The notes beneath the pieces are model-generated. The model was given only the letters and a program-made list of their open reading frames with translations. It was not told the origin of the DNA and did no database searches. DNA of 20,000 nucleotides from an uncultured virus (IMG/VR IMGVR_UViG_3300025277_000015) (taxonomy: Duplodnaviria; Heunggongvirae; Uroviricota; Caudoviricetes): the IMG/VR virus record IMGVR_UViG_3300025277_000015. One strand, 5' to 3'. Of this stretch, positions 8,531 through 14,539 are shown one piece after another. The number at the start of each line of letters is the position of its first letter. Within the stretch, counting starts at the first letter, position 1. A program made the position numbers and the translations under genes.

Positions 8531-8889
8531 CTTTAATTTTCATGTTGCTTGGGTTTCAGGCTCAAGCGCACGAAATGACTCCAGCATACCCAAAGTTTAA
8601 CTATAGTTATATCGAAGGTGTGTCTGTCACAAAGATGTTTTTGTTTAACAGGCGTAATGATGTTTCATATTACCAAATAGGTGTATTTACATTAGATTGG
8701 AAAGAAATACCCTTTGCATCTACATCAAAACTTATAAAGGTAAAACACGCTAAGAAATATCCATTTGATGTTTATATACGAAACTCTGACCTAGATAGGG
8801 TTGGATACATATGTACAATATCAAAAGTTTTTAAGGGGGAAGAGCAGAAAGCTTTGATAACTTCAAGGATTTGCTCAAAGATAGAATAA
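8515..8889 (+). CDS. Exported single-domain beta protein, possibly PapD-N-like chaperone fold
   Basis: Signal peptide ...AQA|H. Pattern MTP...LFN....YYQIGV...PF and a C-terminal Cys pair (ICT...ICS). Overlaps the upstream gene by 16 nt. Confidence 0.55.
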   Translation: MYRQVALIFMLLGFQAQAHEMTPAYPKFNYSYIEGVSVTKMFLFNRRNDVSYYQIGVFTLDWKEIPFASTSKLIKVKHAKKYPFDVYIRNSDLDRVGYICTISKVFKGEEQKALITSRICSKIE

Positions 8890-9318
8890 ATGAGAATATG
8901 GTTATTTATTATAGTTGTTATGTCTGTAACAGGTTGCAGTGTAATAAGTGTTTTTGCCGATAGCACGTCAAATTCTTTAAGTTTATCTCTCCCAAACACA
9001 GGCGGTAACTACCAGTCAGATTCTTTTAGAGCAGGAGAACTGGATTGTAGCATGGCGCTAGGGAGTGCAACAAACATTGAGTTTGGCATCACATCTATCA
9101 TTCAGGGCGGCACAGCGGAGAACAGTAGAAAAACTGGAGATATTGGGTTATACTCAAAGATAACAATTCCACTGGGTAGACGAAATAAAGGGTCTCGTTT
9201 AGACTGTAACAGACTGTATGAGATTGAATTAAAGAAAAAACATTTAGAAGTAATGAAGTTACAACAAGAGATTGATAGGTTACGTGAGTTAGGTAATGAC
9301 TTATCGTTTGAAAATTAG
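8890..9318 (+). CDS. Predicted lipoprotein or exported protein with Cys-flanked beta-hairpin and C-terminal coiled coil
   Basis: MRIWLFIIVVMSVTGC matches the lipobox [LVI][ASTVI][GAS]C. Alternating strands NIEFGITSII and IGLYSKITIPLG lie between two LDC motifs, followed by a heptad helix. Confidence 0.65.
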   Translation: MRIWLFIIVVMSVTGCSVISVFADSTSNSLSLSLPNTGGNYQSDSFRAGELDCSMALGSATNIEFGITSIIQGGTAENSRKTGDIGLYSKITIPLGRRNKGSRLDCNRLYEIELKKKHLEVMKLQQEIDRLRELGNDLSFEN

Positions 9319-9327
9319 GAGAAGATT

Positions 9328-9885
9328 ATGGCTGAAATGGAGGTAGGTGGCGTAAAGTTTTCTGGCTTTGGCAAAATCGGTATTGCAGTCACAGCATTAA
9401 GCACACTGGCGGGTTCGGCCTATGTGGGATATGAGTTTTACTTTGATTATCTTGATTTGCGCGAGGTAGTACAAGAGATTGATATTGATGCAATTAAAGC
9501 GGAAAATGAGCTCGTTTTAACAAAACTAGATGACGCCATTGTCTACACCAGAGACATTAAGAACAATCTCCGAGATGATCTTCTTAAACTAGAGGGATAT
9601 ATTGATAAGTTGGAGAAGAAGATTGAGACATCTTCAGAGCGCATAAAAACCACGCAAGGCTCCATAGACTTAGTATTAGAAGACGTTCTTAATCAAATGA
9701 ACGAGGTGCAGAAAGACGTGACAGCCGCAATAAGAGAGGTTGAAACCTTAAATAGAGAGACAGAGAAAGACGTCCGTGATACGATGCGGGATATAGAAAA
9801 CAGAATAGAAGAAGATATGCGAAAGCTTGAAGAGCAGTTAAACGAAAGATTACAAGAAGCGTTAGATAATCCCTTGGCTAATTAA
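9328..9885 (+). CDS. N-terminally membrane-anchored long coiled-coil protein
   Basis: AGGAG RBS. Hydrophobic segment IGIAVTALSTLAGSAYVGY, then about 140 aa of charged heptads ending ALDNPLAN. Confidence 0.8.
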   Translation: MAEMEVGGVKFSGFGKIGIAVTALSTLAGSAYVGYEFYFDYLDLREVVQEIDIDAIKAENELVLTKLDDAIVYTRDIKNNLRDDLLKLEGYIDKLEKKIETSSERIKTTQGSIDLVLEDVLNQMNEVQKDVTAAIREVETLNRETEKDVRDTMRDIENRIEEDMRKLEEQLNERLQEALDNPLAN

Positions 9886-9931
9886 CGTAATTGGTGTATA
9901 TAAAAGTTGTTTAGGTACGTAGGAGTTTACT

Positions 9932-10258
9932 ATGGCAGGAAAAAAACTACAGGAAAACAGTAAATACGCAATGGCAGATGCCGATGGCGACGGTGTAATA
10001 ACCGATGATGAGATGGATCGCCACGAGCGTTGGATACGTTTAGAAAACGAAGATAAGCTAGCGGATACACAACGTGTAATGGCCTGGATTGCAATGGTTG
10101 TGACGATTGTAGCTGTTGTTGTCTTGTTAACACCCGTTGTTGCTGTTGATAGACTTTCGGCGGCGGCAGGTTTTTTAAATACATTTATCGTTGCACAATT
10201 AGGAGTCGTTGTTGGTTTTATGGGTGCTACGGCTATTTCTAAAACTAAACTAAAATAG
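9932..10258 (+). CDS. Two-TM membrane protein with N-terminal EF-hand-like loop (holin/antiholin candidate)
   Basis: AGGAG RBS, DADGDGVITDDE loop, two hydrophobic helices and a basic C-terminus. Located directly upstream of the holin and endolysin. Confidence 0.75.
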   Translation: MAGKKLQENSKYAMADADGDGVITDDEMDRHERWIRLENEDKLADTQRVMAWIAMVVTIVAVVVLLTPVVAVDRLSAAAGFLNTFIVAQLGVVVGFMGATAISKTKLK

Positions 10259-10267
10259 GAGGATAAC

Positions 10268-10732
10268 ATGTTATCACTGCTAGGAGCAGCACTGGGGTTT
10301 GGTACATCTGTACTACCAAGTGTCATTGATTTATTTCAACAACGTCAGAAAGATGCACAAGAGCTAAAGATGCTCGAAGCGAAGGGTAAATACGCAGCGC
10401 AGCTATCTTCCCTTAAATTAGACGAACTTGAGTCTAAAGCAGATATAGCTGAAACCGAGGGCATATACGCTTCTATGAGGGCGGCAAATGCTAAATCAGG
10501 CTTTGCGGCGGCCTTGAGTGGTTCTGTACGACCTGTAATAACATATTTGTTTGTTGGGTTTTTTCTATTGGTTAAAATAACGACCTTAATGTATGCGATG
10601 AATAACGGTGCAGACTTTAGAGATGCGGTCAATGAGGTGTATTCGGACGATGTAAATTTATTGTTCACAAGCATAATCTCATTTTGGTTTGGATCACGCC
10701 AATTTGCTAAATTAAGAAAGAATGCAAAATGA
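10268..10732 (+). CDS. Holin, GTA_holin_3TM-like
   Basis: GGAGG RBS. Family motifs SVRPVITY and IISFWFGSR, hydrophobic N-terminus, and a 4-nt overlap with the endolysin. Confidence 0.8.
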   Translation: MLSLLGAALGFGTSVLPSVIDLFQQRQKDAQELKMLEAKGKYAAQLSSLKLDELESKADIAETEGIYASMRAANAKSGFAAALSGSVRPVITYLFVGFFLLVKITTLMYAMNNGADFRDAVNEVYSDDVNLLFTSIISFWFGSRQFAKLRKNAK

Positions 10733-11241
10733 AACAAAACTTTGAAGAATGTATGGCGCGTCTCCTTGAACACGAAGGGGGCTATGTAAATTTGGCTGCT
10801 GATCCTGGGGGTGAAACTAATTATGGAGTTACCCGTGCAGTCTATGAGCAATACGTTGGACGGCAAGTTATGGATGGTGAGATGAAAGGTCTTACTCACG
10901 ATGACGTTTACCCTATATACAAAGAGAATTATTGGGATAGGCTTCGGGCAGACGATCTCCCTTCTGGGGTTGACTGGAGTTGCTTCGATTGGGGTGTGAA
11001 TAGCGGGACAAGTCGTGCAGCTAAAGCACTGCAACGTATTGTAGGTGTAGAACAAGATGGTGGTATCGGACCAATGACATTACAGGCAGTTGCTGAAGTA
11101 GAGCCCACAGAAATAATAGAACAGATGCACCATATGCGTGATAAGTTTTACAGAGAGCTTAGTACCTTTGACACGTTCGGACGTGGTTGGATAAGACGAA
11201 ACGATGAGACTAAAGAGCAGGCACTTAATCTAGTAGAGTAA
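10729..11241 (+). CDS. Endolysin, glycoside hydrolase family 108 with peptidoglycan-binding domain
   Basis: HEGGYVN...DPGGETNYGVT catalytic motif, Y...YWD, FDWGVNSG, LQRIVG...DG.IGP.T and FGRGW.RR. Confidence 0.95.
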   Translation: MKQNFEECMARLLEHEGGYVNLAADPGGETNYGVTRAVYEQYVGRQVMDGEMKGLTHDDVYPIYKENYWDRLRADDLPSGVDWSCFDWGVNSGTSRAAKALQRIVGVEQDGGIGPMTLQAVAEVEPTEIIEQMHHMRDKFYRELSTFDTFGRGWIRRNDETKEQALNLVE

Positions 11242-11252
11242 AGGAGAATATT

Positions 11253-11414
11253 ATGGATTGGATTAAAGGAAGACTAAAAGAACCTTCAAGTTATGGAGCT
11301 GCCGCTGTTGTAGGCGTAGGGCTTGGTATTTTGTTTAGTATGCCAATATTAACTTGGGCAGGCATTGTTTGTGCTATTTTTGGGTTAGTACTTAAGGAAA
11401 AATCAGACGAGTAG
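11253..11414 (+). CDS. Small two-TM protein, holin-like (53 aa, not in the ORF track)
   Basis: AAGGAG RBS at 11241-11246. Reads MDWIKGRLKEPSSYGAAAVVGVGLGILFSMPILTWAGIVCAIFGLVLKEKSDE* and fills the gap after the endolysin. Confidence 0.8.
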   Translation: MDWIKGRLKEPSSYGAAAVVGVGLGILFSMPILTWAGIVCAIFGLVLKEKSDE

Positions 11415-11424
11415 TAGGTAAGAT

Positions 11425-13560
11425 ATGCCGTTAAAGAAGTTATTATTAAAACCAGGAGTTAATCGAGAGAACACTAGATACACCACTGAGGGTGGTTGGT
11501 ATGAGTGTAATAACATCCGTTTTCGTCAAGGAACCCCTGAAAAGATTGGTGGTTGGACGCGTATATCAGAAGCAACTTTTTTAGGTATTGCCCGTTCTTT
11601 GTGGAATTGGATTACTCTAGGCAGTCAGAACTTGATTGCTATAGGTACACACCTAAAGTTTTATATTGAAAACGGCGGTGGCTATAACGACATAACACCT
11701 TTACGTGCAACCACTTCTGCAGGAGATGTTACTTTTTTAGCCTCAGCAGATCAGTTAGATGGCGCTATAGATGCCGATGACACCACAATAACCATAGATG
11801 ATACTACAGGATTCCCTACTTCTGGTAAACTTATAATAGATAGTGAAGTTATAGACTACTCGGCTATAAGCAGTAACACGTTTACAGGTTGTACACGAGG
11901 CGCTTCTTATCTTGTTTCTGGTGTAACAACGAGCACTACTGCAGCTACACATAGCGATAACGCTACTGTAAATTGTTTTACTATAGTCGTTACGGACAGT
12001 AGTCATGGCGCAGAAGTTAATGATTTTGTTACTTTTAGTGGCGCCGCTGCACTAGGTGGTAATGTAACCGCTGAAATGCTCAACCAAGAGTATCAGATAC
12101 TTAATATCGAAGACGCAAACAAATACACTATTACAGCAAAAAGTTTTAACTCGGATACTATAACTAACGCTTTATATACAAATATTGCGGCTACAAGCTC
12201 TGACTCAGGGAACGGTGGTAGTTCTGTTGTAGGCGCTTACCAAATAAACACAGGCGCATCATCTGCTAACCCTCTTGTTGGTTGGGGTGCTAGTGGTTGG
12301 GGTTCTGGTGCTTGGGGACAAGGTATCTCAGATACAGAAACCTTACGTATATGGTCACAACAAAACTTTGGTGAAGACCTAATATTTGGACATAGAGACG
12401 GGGCTATTTTTTACTGGGACGCTTCAGGTACGTTAACTACCCGTGCGGTCTTATTGTCTAGTAAAGCAGGGGCTTCAAATGTGCCAACAGTACAGAATTC
12501 TATACTTGTGTCAGATATTAGCAGGTTTGTCTTTTGTTTTGGTACAAATGTACTTGGTTCCGCAACAAAAGATCCCATGCTTATTCGTTGGTCTGACCAA
12601 GAAGACGCCACAAATTGGACTCCTGCAGCTACAAACCAAGCAGGTAGCTTAAGATTATCCCGTGGTACAGAAATAGTTACTGCATCCCAAGCACGACAAG
12701 AGGTTCTTGTTTGGACAGACTCATCTTTATATTCTTTACAGTACGTCGGTATAGGCTCAGGTGTGTGGAGCGCAACGCTTGTTGGAGAGCAAATCTCGAT
12801 AACTTCGCAAAATAGTGTCGCTTACGCCAACGGTGTGTCTTACTGGATGGGTAAGGACAAGTTCTATAAATATGATGGTAGAGCTCAACCGCTCCCTTGT
12901 GACTTACGTAAACACGTATTCACAGACTTTAATCCTCTACAGTATAACCAAGTATTTGGAGGAAGTAACGAAGCGTTCCACGAGGTGTGGTGGTTCTATT
13001 GTTCAGCAGGTGCATCTAGTATCGATAAATACGTGGTGTATAACTACCTCGAAGACATATGGTACTATGGTTCTATGGCACGTACAGCATGGCTTGACTC
13101 AGGTCTACGTGCTTACCCACTTGCCGCTACCTATAACTCGTTACTGGTTGACCATGAAAACGGTATTGATGACAATGAAACAAGCACCGCCGCCGCTATT
13201 TCTGCCTTTATAACCTCTTCAGAGTTTGATTTAGATGATGGGCATCAGTTTATGTTAATGTCTCGTGTTCTACCTGATGTTTCTTTTGAGGGGTCTACGG
13301 CTGATAGTCCTGCTATAAATATGACATTCTTCCCACTAAATGCTTCAGGTTCAGGTTATAACTCGCCTACATCAGAAAGTGGTGTAAACACAGGTGCAGT
13401 TACGCGCTCTGCTACTTCTCCTGTTGAGGCTTATACAAGCCAGATTCACACACGTGTGAGAGGTAGGCAGATGTCTATGAAGATAGAATCTAGCACGACA
13501 GGTGTACAATGGCAGTTAGGTTCTCCAAGAGTTGACTTACGTACAGATGGGAGACGCTAA
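11425..13560 (+). CDS. Tail hub/nozzle protein, P22 gp10-like (DNA stabilization) with inserted domains
   Basis: 711 aa. N-terminal KPGVNRE.T....EGGW...NNIRF....PEKIGGW, Trp-rich beta-propeller-like blades (IRWSDQE, EVWWFY, YNY.E..W) and C-terminal R.RGRQ...K...W.LG.R.D...DGRR. Position matches a podovirus tail module. Confidence 0.7.
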   Translation: MPLKKLLLKPGVNRENTRYTTEGGWYECNNIRFRQGTPEKIGGWTRISEATFLGIARSLWNWITLGSQNLIAIGTHLKFYIENGGGYNDITPLRATTSAGDVTFLASADQLDGAIDADDTTITIDDTTGFPTSGKLIIDSEVIDYSAISSNTFTGCTRGASYLVSGVTTSTTAATHSDNATVNCFTIVVTDSSHGAEVNDFVTFSGAAALGGNVTAEMLNQEYQILNIEDANKYTITAKSFNSDTITNALYTNIAATSSDSGNGGSSVVGAYQINTGASSANPLVGWGASGWGSGAWGQGISDTETLRIWSQQNFGEDLIFGHRDGAIFYWDASGTLTTRAVLLSSKAGASNVPTVQNSILVSDISRFVFCFGTNVLGSATKDPMLIRWSDQEDATNWTPAATNQAGSLRLSRGTEIVTASQARQEVLVWTDSSLYSLQYVGIGSGVWSATLVGEQISITSQNSVAYANGVSYWMGKDKFYKYDGRAQPLPCDLRKHVFTDFNPLQYNQVFGGSNEAFHEVWWFYCSAGASSIDKYVVYNYLEDIWYYGSMARTAWLDSGLRAYPLAATYNSLLVDHENGIDDNETSTAAAISAFITSSEFDLDDGHQFMLMSRVLPDVSFEGSTADSPAINMTFFPLNASGSGYNSPTSESGVNTGAVTRSATSPVEAYTSQIHTRVRGRQMSMKIESSTTGVQWQLGSPRVDLRTDGRR

Positions 13561-13745
13561 TGGCTGATCAATATACTGTAGAGTTTCGTGCCCCTGCTCT
13601 ACCCTACCCCCCTACAGAATATAGCGCTGCAGAGTTTGAACAGTTTAACAAGATTCTGCGTTTATATTTTAACCAATTAGACAGTGTACTACGAGATACT
13701 TCTCTAGCAGATAAGTCTGATGCAGTTGGGTGGTTTGTTAGTTAG
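13560..13745 (+). CDS. Small hypothetical virion protein
   Basis: TAATG 1-nt overlap with the upstream gene. APALP.PP.EY...LRLYFNQLD motif. Confidence 0.75.
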   Translation: MADQYTVEFRAPALPYPPTEYSAAEFEQFNKILRLYFNQLDSVLRDTSLADKSDAVGWFVS

Positions 13746-14066
13746 ATGGCAAATACTTATACAAATGCAAAACTAGACTTAACATCTACAAGTGTTACGA
13801 CTTTATATACTTGCGCTGCCTCGACAACGGCTATTTTTAAGTCTATTATCGTATCTGAAGACTCTGGCAACGCTGACACCATAACTTTGACTTTGACTAA
13901 TAGCAGCGATGTGTATAGTTTATTTAAAACTAAGTCAGTATCAGCAAATGGTACTGTAGAGCTGTTAACTGCACCGTTAGTAGTGCAAGCGACTGAAATA
14001 CTAAAAGTTACCGCTGCTACAGCAAATAGACTACATGTAGTAGCCAGTGTGCTTGAAATAACTTAG
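13746..14066 (+). CDS. Small beta-rich hypothetical virion protein
   Basis: Abuts the upstream stop. Thr/Val-rich 106 aa (TTLYTC...SIIV...LVV...ILKV...VVASVLEI). Confidence 0.78.
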   Translation: MANTYTNAKLDLTSTSVTTLYTCAASTTAIFKSIIVSEDSGNADTITLTLTNSSDVYSLFKTKSVSANGTVELLTAPLVVQATEILKVTAATANRLHVVASVLEIT

Positions 14067-14073
14067 GTGAATT

Positions 14074-14538
14074 ATGGAAACTATCGATAGCAACCAAGAG
14101 AAGATCGCTCCAGGTCAGGTTATGGCTATCGCCGCAGAGCAGTTAAACGAAGATAACATACCCGTAGAAGCCATGTTAGCATCTGTTGCTAAAGAAGCGT
14201 CAATGGAAAGCGCAGACTTGGTACAAGTAGGAAACACTGTATTTCTTGGGCATAAGGGTAAAGGCGCAAACAAAACTAAGATGGTCGGACGTGCGTTCAA
14301 TGTAGACACAGGACGTAATTTTATACGAAATATTCTAAACTACTTAGGTTATTTGCAAGGTAAAAAATTTACGCACTACGCTTCTCAATTTAAAGGAGAA
14401 ACTTTGTTACCCGCAATGAGAGCTTTAGAGAAAAAAATGGCTAACAAAGACTCTAATATTGCTGTAGCCCGTAGTCAAAATGACCAATACGTTGTTTATA
14501 TTAATTTGGGCAAAGAACCTTTAGGGGTAGGAGCATAA
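14074..14538 (+). CDS. Hypothetical protein between tail and ejection genes
   Basis: AGGTG RBS, 154 aa mixed alpha/beta, tightly packed with its neighbours. Confidence 0.78.
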   Translation: METIDSNQEKIAPGQVMAIAAEQLNEDNIPVEAMLASVAKEASMESADLVQVGNTVFLGHKGKGANKTKMVGRAFNVDTGRNFIRNILNYLGYLQGKKFTHYASQFKGETLLPAMRALEKKMANKDSNIAVARSQNDQYVVYINLGKEPLGVGA

Positions 14539-14539
14539 C

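Noticed and set aside
9886..9931. AT-rich intergenic TGTATATAAAAG, similar to TGTATAAAAA at ~19730, as a late promoter
   Set aside because: Only two loose, short AT-rich matches, with no exact T4-type TATAAATA and no clear -35 element; insufficient support.
9862..11055. Minus-strand ORFs 9862-10326 and 10345-11055, and + strand ORF 9930-10184
   Set aside because: They overlap well-supported holin/endolysin genes that have good RBSs and family motifs.
12443..13213. Alternate-frame + strand ORFs 12443-12652 and 12815-13213
   Set aside because: Fully nested in the 711-aa tail gene, with no recognisable motifs or convincing RBS.
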